A stretch of 64,000 nt of DNA from the human T2T-CHM13v2.0 reference genome, Homo sapiens (GCF_009914755.1 NC_060929.1), one strand, 5' to 3'. Positions 1-12,442 are shown, counted from the first letter of the stretch. Numbers and translations are program-made. Notes: a model not told the origin generated them from the sequence alone.

Positions 1-220
1 GCTGGAGGCCCTGAGCCGTGCAGCCTCTGATGGTCCCACCACAATTGCCGCAACGGCTCCCTGGGCTTTACGGTGCCTGGTCTCAGAGGCTTCTCAAGAG
101 CCAAGCACACACCCGGGGCTGTGTCTGCAGCCAGCAGTGAGGCAGGCAGCCCTCTACCGCAGGCTCCAGTGAGCTCCCTGGGGCAGAGTATCTGAGCAGG
201 GCCACGCTCGGGGGGCCTAC

Positions 221-305
221 CTGCCTTGGTGGACATGCCGATCATGCTCTTCTTCTTCTTCCAGAAACTGATGTCATTTTTAAAGGCCAGGAAATCAAAG
301 AGAAG
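221..305 (-). CDS. CLPTM1L: CLPTM1L coding exon 8 (85 bp); the gene continues beyond the left window edge
   Basis: Acceptor CTCTAG|CTT, donor CAG|GTAGGC; LLFDFLAFKNDISFWKKKKSMIGMSTKA. Confidence 0.97.
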
Positions 306-678
306 CTAGAGAGAACACACACGACAGCAACTCACATCTCCTGCTGTTTCCATCTCCTGTGAGACAGAGATAGAGGCTTCGTGTGTGACCGTGAGACTGC
401 AGGTGTACTCAGCCTCAGGATGCATCAGGATAAGTGTCTACACTCGGGACCCATGCCTCTACGCGCCTGGCCTGCCATGTCAGAACCTAGAGTGCCCAGG
501 CGGGCTTTGCAGGGGCACTTCTGAAATAATACGTACCTTTGACTTGAACTGCTGGAAAGGCCCCCAGGCAATTGGAGGCTCTGGATTCCCCTGGATCATG
601 GGCCTGGCTGGGCACCCCTGCTCTCGGGTTGTGCCCACTCAGGGCAGCCTCATCTCTCAACTGTGCTAAAAACGCAAG

Positions 679-800
679 GGCTGGGCATGGTGGCCCATGC
701 CTGTGATCCCAGCTACTGCAAGGCCAAGGCCAAAGGACCACCTAAGCCCAGGGGTTTGAGACCAGCCTGGGCAACGTACTGAGACCTGTCTCCAAAAAAA
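679..800 (+). mobile_element. Alu monomer (FLAM-like)
   Basis: GGCTGGGCATGGTGGC...TTTGAGACCAGCCTGGGCAAC...A-tail; single arm only. Confidence 0.8.
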
Positions 801-1037
801 ACTTAAAAAAACCTAACCATGCATGATCTCATCCTTAGAGACACTGACCTTTTAATAAAAATCGTTTAATTCTCTAGTACGGCTTTGGAAAGTTTTAGCT
901 TGACTGGCAGCCAAACTCCCAGGCACTCAGAACCAGTGCCGGCCGCACTCCTGGGTGCCGCCTAACCACAGGCCAGCCTAACAGCCACAAGGATGGCTCT
1001 CCCTAGCAGCTCAGCTCCACGAACAACAGTAAGAGCA

Positions 1038-1332
1038 CAGCAGCCTTGCTTTACCCATGGTTTACTGTCCATGGTTTCGGTTAGCACGGAGCAGTGCGAT
1101 GAGACAGATATTCTGAGAGTGAGACCACACCCACGTAACTTTATCACACTGTCCTGTCCTGTTTCTGTTACCAGTTATTGTGGGTAATCTCTTACTGTGC
1201 TTAACTTATAAATTGAACTTTATCAAAACCATTACATAATACATATATTCATTCATTACGTTATTTGATACACATATTCAGACATCCAATGAGGGTCTTT
1301 GAACACACCCCCTGAGGATGAGGGACTACTGT
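1038..1332 (+). mobile_element. MER44A-like (Tigger7 family, TcMar-Tigger) non-autonomous DNA transposon
   Basis: Body matches the recalled MER44A consensus (GAGACCACA..., TAATCTCTTACTGTGC.TAA.TTATAAATT.AACTTTATCA, TTCAG.CATCCA.TG.GGGTCTT.GAAC); decayed left TIR at 1038; the right TIR runs into the minisatellite. Confidence 0.8.
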
Positions 1333-4205
1333 ATAACACCAGATGAGGATAAGGGGCGGACTACTGTATATACACTGGATGAGGACAAGGGGGGACTACT
1401 GTATACACACGGGATGAGGATAAGGGGGGAATACTGTAGACACACCGGATAAGGGGGGACTACTGTATACACACCGGATGAGGATAAGGGGGGACTACTG
1501 TATACACACCGGATGAGGATAAGGGGGGACTACTGTAGACACACCGGATAAGGGGGGACTACTGTATACACACCGGATGAGGATAAGGGGGGACTACTGT
1601 ATACACACCGGATGAGGATAAGGGGGGACTACTGTATACACACCAGATAAGGGGGGACTACTGTATACACACCGGATGAGGATAAGGGGAGACTACTGTA
1701 TACACACGGGATGAGGATGAGGGACTATTGTATACACACCAGATGAGGATAAGGGGGGACTACTGTATACACACCAGATGAGGATAAGGGGGGACTACTG
1801 TATACACACACGGGATGAGGATAAGGGGGGACTACTGTATACACATTGGATGAGGATAAGGGGGGACTATTGTATACACACCAGATGAGGATAAGGGGGG
1901 ACTACTGTATACACACCAGATGAGGATAAGGGGGGACTACTGTATACACACCGGATGAGGATAAGGGGAGACTACTGTATACACACGGGATGAGGATGAG
2001 GGACTATTGTATACACACCAGATGATGATAAGGGGGACTACTGTATACACACCGGATGAGGATAAGGGGGGACTACTGTATACACACCGGATGAGGATAA
2101 GGGGGGACTACTGTATACACACCGGATGAGGATAAGGGGGGACTACTGTAGATACACGGGATGAGGATAAGGGGGGACTACTGTATACACACCAGATGAG
2201 GATAAGGGGGGACTACTGTATACACACCGGATGAGGATAAGGGGGGACTACTGTAGACACACGGGATGAGGATAAGGGGGGACTACTGTATACACACCGG
2301 ATGAGGATAAGGGGGGACTACTGTAGACACACGGGATGAGGATAAGGGGGGACTACTGTATACACACCGGATGAGGATAAGGGGGGACTACTGTATACAC
2401 ATTGGATGAGGATAAGGGGGGACTACTGTATACACACCAGATGAGGATAAGGGGGGACTACTGTATACACACCAGATGAGGATAAGGGGGGACTACTGTA
2501 TACACACCGGATGAGGATAAGGGGAGACTACTGTATACACACGGGATGAGGATGAGGGACTATTGTATACACACCAGATGATGATAAGGGGGACTACTGT
2601 ATACACACCGGATGAGGATAAGGGGGGACTACTGTATACACACCGGATGAGGATAAGGGGGGACTACTGTATACACACCGGATGAGGATAAGGGGGGACT
2701 ACTGTAGATACACGGGATGAGGATAAGGGGGGACTACTGTATACACACCAGATGAGGATAAGGGGGGACTACTGTATACACACCGGATGAGGATAAGGGG
2801 GGACTACTGTAGACACACGGGATGAGGATAAGGGGGGACTACTGTATACACACCGGATGAGGATAAGGGGGGACTACTGTAGACACACGGGATGAGGATA
2901 AGGGGGGACTACTGTATACACACCGGATGAGGATAAGGGGGGACTACTGTATACACATTGGATGAGGATAAGGGGGGACTACTGTATACACACCAGATGA
3001 GGATAAGGGGGGACTACTGTATACACACGGGATGAGGATAAGGGGGGACTACTGTATACACACACGGGATGAGGATAAGGGGGGACTACTGTATACACAC
3101 CGGATGAGGATAAGGGGGACTACTGTATACACATTGGATGAGGATAAGGGGGGACTACTGTATACACACCAGATGAGGATAAGGGGGGACTACTGTAGAC
3201 ACACCGGATGAGGATAAGGGGGGACTACTGTATACACACCGGATGAGGATAAGGGGGGACTACTGTATACACACCAGATGAGGATAAGGGGGGACTACTG
3301 TATACACACCGGATGAGGATAAGGGGGGACTACTGTATACACACCGGATGAGGATAAGGGGGGACTACTGTATACACACCAGATGAGGATAAGGGGGGAC
3401 TACTGTATACACACCAGATGAGGATAAGGGGGGGACTACTGTAGATACACGGGATGAGGATAAGGGGGGACTACTGTATACACACCGGATGAGGATAAGG
3501 GGGACTACTGTATACACACGGGATGAGGATGAGGGACTATTGTATACACACCAGATGAGGATAAGGGGGGACTACTGTAGACACACCGGATGAGGATAAG
3601 GGGGGACTACTGTATACACACCGGATGAGGATAAGGGGGGACTACTGTATACACACCAGATGAAGATAAGGGGGGACTACTGTAGATACACGGGATGAGG
3701 ATAAGGGGGGACTACTGTATACACACCGGATGAGGATAAGGGGGACTACTGTAAACACACGGGATGAGGATGAGGGACTATTGTATACACACCAGATGAG
3801 GATAAGGGGGGACTACTGTATACACACCGGATGAGGATAAGGGGAGACTACTGTATACACACGGGATGAGGATGAGGGACTATTGTATACACACCAGATG
3901 AGGATAAGGGGGACTACTGTATACACACCGGATGAGGATAAGGGGGGACTACTGTATACACACGGGATGAGGATAAGGGGGGACTACTGTATACACATTG
4001 GATGAGGATAAGGGGGGACTACTGTATACACACCGGATGAGGATAAGGGGGGACTACTGTATACACACCAGATGAGGATAAGGGGGGACTACTGTAGACA
4101 CACCGGATGAGGACAAGCGGGAACTACTGTATACACACCGGAAGAGGATAAGGGGGGACTACTGTATACACATCGGGTAAGGGGGAACTACTGTATACAC
4201 ACAGG
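1315..4205. repeat. 35-bp minisatellite (~82 units) in CLPTM1L intron 7
   Basis: Unit GATGAGGATAAGGGGGGACTACTGTATACACACCG, with variants, in continuous tandem array. Confidence 0.98.
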
Positions 4206-4662
4206 ACTGACTTTTTACATTTAAAAATCAGTGTGTTAGAATTTATACAAGAGAACTACTTTCTGCTAGAGGCTGCCCAGCTCCGCCCCTGGCTCTGCAT
4301 GGGGTCGGGGCCTGGGCAGGGGAGAGTGAGATGCCTGCACCTATTCATCTCATTGGTGTGGACACTGCTCAGAGTACCCTGGATCCTTTTCAAAACCGCC
4401 CCCAAAGCCAGCACAGCCCAAGTCGCCAAGGCTGTGGACGGAGCTTTATGGTCCCTCCCTTTTCAGAACTGGGAGAAACCGCCCACTGGGACAATGGTCG
4501 CCTGGTGTCAGGCGTGCTGGCTGCTGAGTGATGGGAGTGGACACTTGAGGGCCACAGGGCTGGACGGCGCCCACAAACCCCAGGTCCAGGACCCCTGCAG
4601 GAGGCCCGGGGCCCAGGGAGCCCCCCAAGTGCCTGCGGCAAGCCCCCCGGTGGATGACTCAC

Positions 4663-4757
4663 ATGGAACGCTGCGACAAAGAAGGTCAGCGCCAGGAAGT
4701 ATAAGTTGGTATCTACAAAAATTCCTTTCACCTCATCAGCATCTTTCTCTGAAAACC
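4663..4757 (-). CDS. CLPTM1L: CLPTM1L coding exon 7 (95 bp)
   Basis: Acceptor TGACAG|GG, donor CAT|GTGAGT; [31 protein letters not shown]; cumulative 891 nt. Confidence 0.97.
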
Positions 4758-4845
4758 CTGTCAAGGAAAAAAAAACATACAATATAAAACAGGCAATGTC
4801 AATCTTACCTAACATTACAAATACAGTTTTCAATATAAAAATTTA

Positions 4846-5170
4846 GGCCGGGCGCAGTGGCTCATGCCTGTAAACCCAGCACTTTGGGAATCTCAGGCAG
4901 GCAGATCACTTGAAGTCAGGAGTTCAAGACCAGCCTGGTAAACATGGTGAAACTCCATCTCTACTAAAAATACAAAAATTAGCTGGGCGTGGGGGCACGC
5001 GCCTGTAATCCTAGCTACTGGGGGGACTGAGGAACGAGAATCGCTTGAATCCGGGGGGCGGAGGCTGCAGTAACCAGAGATTGTGCCACTGCACTCCAGC
5101 CTGGGCAACAGAGCGAGACTCTGTCTCAAAACAAACAAACAAACAAACAAACAAACAAACAATAAAAATA
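4846..5170 (+). mobile_element. Alu (AluS-like) with (AAAC)n tail
   Basis: Full dimeric Alu starting GGCCGGGCGCAGTGG. Confidence 0.93.
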
Positions 5171-5434
5171 AATCTCATCAACAGTTAAGGTTCATTTGAC
5201 CAAACTCATGGCATTTCACATATTATGTTCTTAATAAAGCCAATTTCCAGACAATCAACCAGGTCATCTCCAAGGAGAGAAGTGAGGCAGGCGCTGCTAG
5301 CCTCTGATTCAACGTCTGTGCAAGGATCTGCAGCAGGAGGCGAGGAGGCCCCGGCCTGTGTCAGGATTCGCACTTGGATGCCCGAGGGGCTCCAGGGCGG
5401 CCTCACCCAGGCGCCGGCCGTGTGCGGCACATAC

Positions 5435-5552
5435 CGAACTGCTGCAGGGAGTACACGGCGTCCTGCATGTGGATCCAGAAGCGCAGCCGCCCCAGTGAGA
5501 CCTTGTCGTAGGACACGGTGAGGGGCAGCTCGGTGGTGGAGCGGTTTATGAC
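5435..5552 (-). CDS. CLPTM1L: CLPTM1L coding exon 6 (118 bp)
   Basis: Acceptor CATCAG|GTC, donor TCG|GTATGT; VINRSTTELPLTVSYDKVSLGRLRFWIHMQDAVYSLQQF(G). Confidence 0.97.
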
Positions 5553-6256
5553 CTGATGAAGAAAGCCACACTGAGGGCCCTGCCCTCATACCCTTGCACC
5601 CAGCTGCCTGGCAGCCCTCGCCAACCCTGCCATCCCCCTTCCCATCCCTGTGTGGCCCCAGGTCAGCCATGACTGGGCCCAGCAAGCATCCCCCGGTCCC
5701 TCCTTCTGTCACCACAGGCCTCAGGCCCCAGCGTGCTGCGTTCCAGCACAGGGAGGTTCCCACCCCCACCAGGACCCCGTGAGCTCAGCAGCGCTAGCAG
5801 TGCCTGGTCTGTTTTGCTGCACGTGCCCCTTCAATTTTAAGCCGCACAAGTCCTGGTGCCCCGGAGGTGGTGCTTGCCACCCAGCTGCTAGGACTCCATG
5901 GCGCAGCATACGGCGCTGAGCTTGGCCTGCAGAGCCCTGGCCTGTCCTAAGAGTTGGAGACCACGGGACAAGCACAGCCCTGCAGCACATGGGCAAAGTG
6001 CCTCAGGGCCTAAAGCACAGAGCAGGGGGTGGCCGTGGGGACAACAGAAAGCTTCTGGAACGCAAAGCTAGCAGGGGCAGTAGGGTGGATGTGTAGGTCT
6101 CAGAACCACGAGCTTAGTCCTGCAGCCTGCCGGGGCCTCACGCACACAGGCTGTGGGCCAGGTCCCAGGGTGCCGAGGTAGGAGGGTGAGGAACGGGTTC
6201 ACAAGCGCGAGCCCACACCCTACAGCACGTGGGCAGTGACCACACCCGGTGAGCAC

Positions 6257-6387
6257 CACCCTCCACGTTCTGGAACATCCAGCGAGGGCTGTGCTCTAAT
6301 CCACCTGCCCTGCCTCAAGCCCTGACCCGCCACCCTCCACGTGCTGGAACATCCAGCGAGGGCTGTGCTCTAATCCACCTGCTCTGC
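6257..6387. repeat. Local tandem duplication (~57 bp x2, period 74)
   Basis: CACCCTCCACGT.CTGGAACATCCAGCGAGGGCTGTGCTCTAATCCACCTGC.CTGC occurs at 6257 and 6331. Confidence 0.85.
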
Positions 6388-8281
6388 TATGGCGGGCACT
6401 GCTGGTGTCAGGGTGTGGTGGAATCAGAGCCACAACCAGCTGGTGCCAGGTTGCCCTGAGAGCGGCTGTCAGGGCGCCCCACGCAGCCAAGTGGCATCAG
6501 TGCACGTGGATGGTGGCCTCCAGGCACCCCTCGAGCTGCCAAGCGTGTCCGAAGGGTGTCACTGCCTCCTCCATCTGGCAGTGCTGGGCCCAGCCACAGA
6601 AGGTGCCGACTTCCTGCACCTGCTGCATCCCAGCTGCCTGCTTCCTCTCTCAAGACAGCACCTCTCGAATCTGGCCCCAAGTGAGACACAGCAACAGCGA
6701 CACATGAGAGAGACTGTGATTCGGGGGAAAAGCTGCTGTCGGCACACGTGTCTCCATAACCACTGGAACGCAGGCCACCACTGGCACAGCTGCGCCGCAA
6801 AGCCTGCCCCGGGCCTCTAACAAGACAGATCTGCAGACAGACACACAGGGCAGCCTTCTGCAGCTGCCTGCCCCTGTCCACCATCTCCAGAATGCCTGCA
6901 AGGAGTCAGCGGCATGAGGCTTCACAAGAGGTGACCACGAGCTGGTGCCACAGCTCACACAGCTCTGTATGGGGCATTTTAGCAGAACTTGCTGTCCTGA
7001 GGTTTGTCAGCAGCACACCAGCAAACTCCAGCAAACAGAGAAAGAGGTTGGAATTGCAGGGGCCGACAGAGAAACTACTCAGGGATAGGCTGCAGCGCCA
7101 GACCTGCTCGCCAGCCACTGCCTGTGCAGCCCCCAGCCTGCAGGTTGTATAGGAGCAATCAGTGACCCCAGAAGTGAAGGAGGCAGTATGTTAGGGACTG
7201 CAAGGGGTCTGAGGGAACAGCAGTACAGGGGGACTGTTCTGAGAGCCGCAGTCAGGAGGAGGCAGCAGGGCCTGGGCAGAGATCAAAGCAGCCAGGTGCT
7301 CGCTTCTCCGTTTCCCAGCTGCACCCCCCCGCCAGCAAGCCCTCTGCTCTCCCCAGGACTGTTTCCTCATCAACAAAAAAGGGGAAAGGGCCCGCCTCAG
7401 AGGTCAGAGGTGCCGAGAGCCTTAAGTGGAAGTGGCCGGCTCCTAGTGGGTGATCCGGAGTGACAGTGATGGCTTGCAGGGAGGCAGGGCAGGGCAGCGA
7501 TCCTGCAGGGCCCCAGCTGAGCGTTCACCTCTGAACCCCAAATAACCTCATCCGTGAAACAACGCCACAGCTCCCAGCACCACAATTACGGAAAGATTCA
7601 CAAAGTGCTTAGCACAGTGCCTCATGTGCAGTAAGAGACATTAAATATTAACTGCTTCTGTGAGTCTCAATACTGGCCAAAGGTTGGCCACATTTCATCT
7701 CCTCTCAAAGCAACTATGGGAGAGCAGGCGCTGTCACTGCCCGTAATCACAGGGCGCCAGAGCCCAGAGAGCAGCCACTTCTATTCGCAAAGGCCTTCCG
7801 CCTTGCCAGGGGCCACCCCGGGGGCTCCAGCTCCGAGGAAGGGCTGTCACCCGCTCCTCTGGCCGCCTGTGCAGGACCAGCCCTGGTGGGGAAAGCAGGA
7901 GTTTGCTCAGGATACTGTGAATTAATCTACATGGCACACCAGGAGCTCACACGCAGACGCTGTTTCACACGGTGCTCATGTGCCTGCTCTCTAAGCGCTG
8001 CCCTCTATGCGCTGCATAAACAATCTTCCAGGGGCCTTTCACCAGTGACAGTCCAGAGGCTCAGCAGGACCCCGCAGCCAGCCAACGGCAAACCCAGCAC
8101 ACCACCAGGGCCCCCCTGTCACAACCCTCGCACACTCGAAGGCAGTGCTTCCCAGCACGGGTAAAAGCTCCGTGTCAAATGTCAGCAATGGCCCGGTCCA
8201 TTAGGGTGCAGGGGCTGCGGGGCCAGTCTTGGGGTCAGTGTCTCGCCAGCTGCACAACCAGCGGGCAGAGGTGTCACTCAC

Positions 8282-8360
8282 CATCAGGTCCTTCACGCGG
8301 TTGCTGAGCTGGTCGATGAACAGGATGGGCAGGTAATGCACGGTTTTCCCCAGCTGGATC
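8282..8360 (-). CDS. CLPTM1L: CLPTM1L coding exon 5 (79 bp)
   Basis: Acceptor TCCCAG|G, donor ATG|GTGAGT; IQLGKTVHYLPILFIDQLSNRVKDLM; cumulative 678 nt. Confidence 0.97.
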
Positions 8361-9236
8361 CTGGGATTAAAGCACAACTTTCCAAAGTCAGCACCAAGGC
8401 TTTTACCTTTCAATGAATGAACACATCCAGACACTGGGTTTACCCCAGAGAAGTGCCCCCAGCACCACCCTCAACTGCTTCTCAGTCACAATGACCCCAG
8501 GGCACAGCCTCCCCAAACGGAAGCAGAGAGCCTGACAACATATGCACGCTTGTGAGACCCGCTCCCCAGGAAGTGATGGCCACAGGTGGGAAAATGCCTC
8601 CACGGCCACTAGGAGCGGGGGAATTACAGGGACACGGCCGTACAGCAGAACCCAGGGCCCTCTGCGCACTGACACGGAGCAATCCCAGGATGCACTGACA
8701 CGGAGCAATCCCAGGATGTGGCCACTACACTTGGAAGGGCGAGTCACCTGCAGCCACCTGGGAGGCGGAGCTGTGGCGCAGGAGTTGGGGGGGGATCCCC
8801 AACACATGGGAGAGACGAGGTGAGCTCAGGTGGCCAAACACGTGAATTCCAATAATTGTATTTAACTGATGGCAAGTGATACTAAATAATCTAAAGATTA
8901 ACTTTTAAGTAAATCTAAATAAGCCAAGTTAAAAAATCACAAGGGGAGCAAAGCAACCCGTTCCCATCAGCGCCTTCCGTTTTCTCTCCATGGAAGCCTT
9001 CGCCAGCCAGGAGCAAAGGGCAGGATGCTCCAGCTTGAATTCCTTTCTCCCCCCTTCCAGCCCTGTGGTAGCAGCACAACCTCAATGAGGAAGTGGGAAA
9101 GAGCTGGGAGGCCCGGGCAGCAAGTGCCTCCCCACAGAGGGGACTCCACGGTGCAGGAGTGACCTGCTGGCGAGTTCTGGCCAGCCAGGGTCCCAGCACC
9201 CTCCCCCCGGCGCTCCAGCTCTGGGGCCCCACTTAC

Positions 9237-9382
9237 ATCTTCATGTACCGATGCACATCGGCAGGCAGGGAGGACCCGTCAAAGACAAAGTTGTCCGCCA
9301 TCACGTTCAGCGCCAGCCGCGGTCGCCAGTGGGACACTGGCTCATCCAGGGCACTCGTCGGCTTCTTCTCCGCCTCGATCTG
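9237..9382 (-). CDS. CLPTM1L: CLPTM1L coding exon 4 (146 bp)
   Basis: Acceptor TAACAG|CAG, donor GAT|GTAAGT; QIEAEKKPTSALDEPVSHWRPRLALNVMADNFVFDGSSLPADVHRYMK(M). Confidence 0.97.
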
Positions 9383-9414
9383 CTGTTAAGTGAGGAAAAC
9401 AGAGGCCAATGCTG

Positions 9415-10380
9415 GGACAGAAAACCATGCCCAGGACAGCAGGGTCAGCCCCCTAACCTGCGAACAGAACGGCCACACAGACAGGCAAACTGTGCCCGGG
9501 ACAGCAGGGTCAGCCCCCTAACCTGTGAAGAGATGGCCACACAGACGGGCAAACTGTGCCCGGGACAGCAGGGTCAGCACCCTAACCTGTGAAGAGAACG
9601 GCCACACAGACGGGCAAACTGTGCCCGAGACAGCAGGGTCAGTGCCCTAACCTGTGAACAGATGGCCACACAGACTGGCAAACTGTGCCCGGGACAGCAG
9701 GGTCAGCGCCCTAACCTGTGAACAGATGGCCACGCACATGGAAAAACCGCACCCGGACAGCAGGGTCAGCACCCTAACCTGTGAAGAGAACGGCCACACA
9801 GACGGGCAAACTGTGCCCGGGACAGCAGGGTCAGCGCCCTAACCTGTGAACAGATGGCCACACAGACGGGCAAACTGTGCCCGGGACAGCAGGGTCAGCG
9901 CCCTAACCTGTGAACAGATGGCCACGCACATGGAAAAACCGCGCCCGGACAGCAGGGTCGGCACCCTAACCTGTGAAGAGAACGGCCACACAGACGGGCA
10001 AACTGTGCTCGGGACAGCAGGGTCAGCGCCCTAACCTGTGAACAGATGGCCACACAGACGGGCAAACTGTGCCCGGGACAGCAGAGTCAGCGCCCTAACC
10101 TGTGAACAGATGGCCACGCACATGGAAAAACCGCGCCCGGACAGCAGGGTCGGCACCCTAACCTGTGAAGAGAACGGCCACACAGACGGGCAAACTGTGC
10201 TCGGGACAGCAGGGTCAGCGCCCTAACCTGTGAACAGATGGCCACAAAGACGGGCAAACTGTGCCCGGGACAGCAGGGTCAGCGCCCTAACCTGTGAACA
10301 GATGGCCACGCACATGGAAAAACCGCGCCCGGACAGCAGGGTCGGCACCCTAACCTGTGAACAGATGGCCACGCACAGGC
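9415..10380. repeat. 64-bp minisatellite (~15 units) with a 192-bp higher-order repeat, CLPTM1L intron 3
   Basis: Unit GACAGCAGGGTCAGCGCCCTAACCTGTGAACAGATGGCCACACAGACGGGCAAACTGTGCCCGG; near-identical ORFs recur at 9654, 9846, 10038 and 10230 (period 192). Confidence 0.96.
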
Positions 10381-11171
10381 ACAACCGGGGGAGAGCCCAG
10401 CAGAGAGGGCACAGCGGCCCCACAGCTGCCAATTCCGCCAGACTCTCGCCAAACAGCCCCCCATCCTTATCTCCACGGAAGCCAGGGGGTGCTGCTTTGC
10501 AACATGTGGTCACAGACTTCACCAATTCCTTTTTTGAGGTCCTCAAACTAAGTGGGCCCACTTCTCAGAAGTTGAGAGGGTGAGAGCCCCCTGACCTTGG
10601 CAGAAGACTGTGCAAGTCCAGGGCTCACACAGCCCTGTGGCTGTAAGGAGACTGAGAGGGAGTCAGCTTCTAAAACCAAGCATGTGGGGCTGCCTAAAGG
10701 AGACATACTGAGGATTACACACGGCTCTTACATGAAGTTAAACAGGACATGGACTGACAGGGAAATCTTAGCTCGGCTCAGATCTGATACATCCTAGGAA
10801 GCACTATCGCCTCACCCATTTCCTACCTAAAGATGCAGTTTAGCGATAATTTACATTACAAACGGTTTTCCACACCTCCTCACATTTGCTACCTGCAAGG
10901 GAGGCTTCCTGCGCTACATGCTACATGCCCATCACCCCACCCACTTTTCAGGACACTGGAGAGGAGGGATGGGGGCCCCAGATGAGGGGACACGGAGAGG
11001 GGCAGGTGAGGGATGTTCCTAAGGAGACAGATGCAAACTGGGGAGAGGCAGGAGCAGGTGTTGGTAGGGCTTTCAAAACCCCATCAACTCCGAGAGACCT
11101 CTCTTTCTCTCTGTCTGGAACAATTTCACAGCCTCTTCCTGGAAAGCTGCCATCTTTCTTGTTTTGTAAAT

Positions 11172-11532
<361 letters not shown>

Positions 11533-12047
11533 TAAGTGACTTCCAGTTTTTATTTGCGCATACACCTTTCTACAGATGTACAAACTACAACTTGTACCTC
11601 TACCTTTTCCATGATCTCCAATTACATTCTTAGAATAAACATCTAGGAATAGCCCAGTCCTACACAGAATGCAGAATGAGCCCAGCTCTCATCCCCAGAG
11701 CTCCTGGTGAGAAGCTGCAGGCCAGCTCTGCAGGACCAGCGCTCCATCCCACCAGGTGCAGTAGGTGCCCCCAGAGACTGAGAGGGCCCATTCCCCGAGG
11801 GACTCTGCATCGAGAATGCCAGCGATCACTTCAACTGTCCCTAATTTTAGATAAAACTTGTCTGCAAACTCATGGATATGATTCAGCTGAAAGTCAGAAA
11901 TGCACGCCAGTAACATTCCAATGGCTTTTGGCTTTACTCCCAACAAAGTCACTGGAGCCCTAGACATCGCCCACCTGTGTGGAGAAAGACATGTCCGTTC
12001 TGACGGAGAGGCACAGCCTGTTATCAGTAACCCATGAAGACCCTCAC

Positions 12048-12237
12048 CTGTGTATCAGACTCCCCGGTGAGCAGGTTGATTTCTTCTGGCTTGGGGACCA
12101 TGTAGGTGGTCAGAGGACTGACCAGGTGCACCTGCTTCCCGTCGTGCCACGGCAGGACCCCAGCGTGATGGAGGAAGATGTAGGCATACAGCGTCCCATT
12201 GTTTCTCGTTTTCTTTGGTACAGAAACATTAACTGTC
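12048..12237 (-). CDS. CLPTM1L: CLPTM1L coding exon 3 (190 bp)
   Basis: Acceptor TTTCAG|G, donor CAG|GTGAGG; TVNVSVPKKTRNNGTLYAYIFLHHAGVLPWHDGKQVHLVSPLTTYMVPKPEEINLLTGESDTQ; cumulative 453 nt, phase 0. Confidence 0.97.
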
Positions 12238-12384
12238 CTGAAACAGAACAATCATTTCCACTACATACATATTATATTCTGGGTCTCTAGAACCTATTCA
12301 AATACCTTTATAAAGCTGCTTCAATAAACTAATTTTAGCTCAGAAGTACTAAAAATGAAACCCACCTGCCCAGGGCTTTACGAG

Positions 12385-12387
<3 letters not shown>

Positions 12388-12434
<47 letters not shown>

Positions 12435-12442
12435 GTGCGCGT
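12388..12442. repeat. (GT)n-(GC)n compound microsatellite
   Basis: About 17 GT units followed by GCGCGCGCGCACGCGTGCGCGT. Confidence 0.95.

Noticed and set aside
1315-4205. CRISPR-like appearance of the long regular array
   Set aside because: No unique spacers, no cas genes, and a eukaryotic intron context; it is a head-to-tail minisatellite.
9654-10583. Four near-identical ORFs starting MNRWP...
   Set aside because: Artefact of the 192-bp higher-order repeat; antisense to CLPTM1L, with non-ATG starts.
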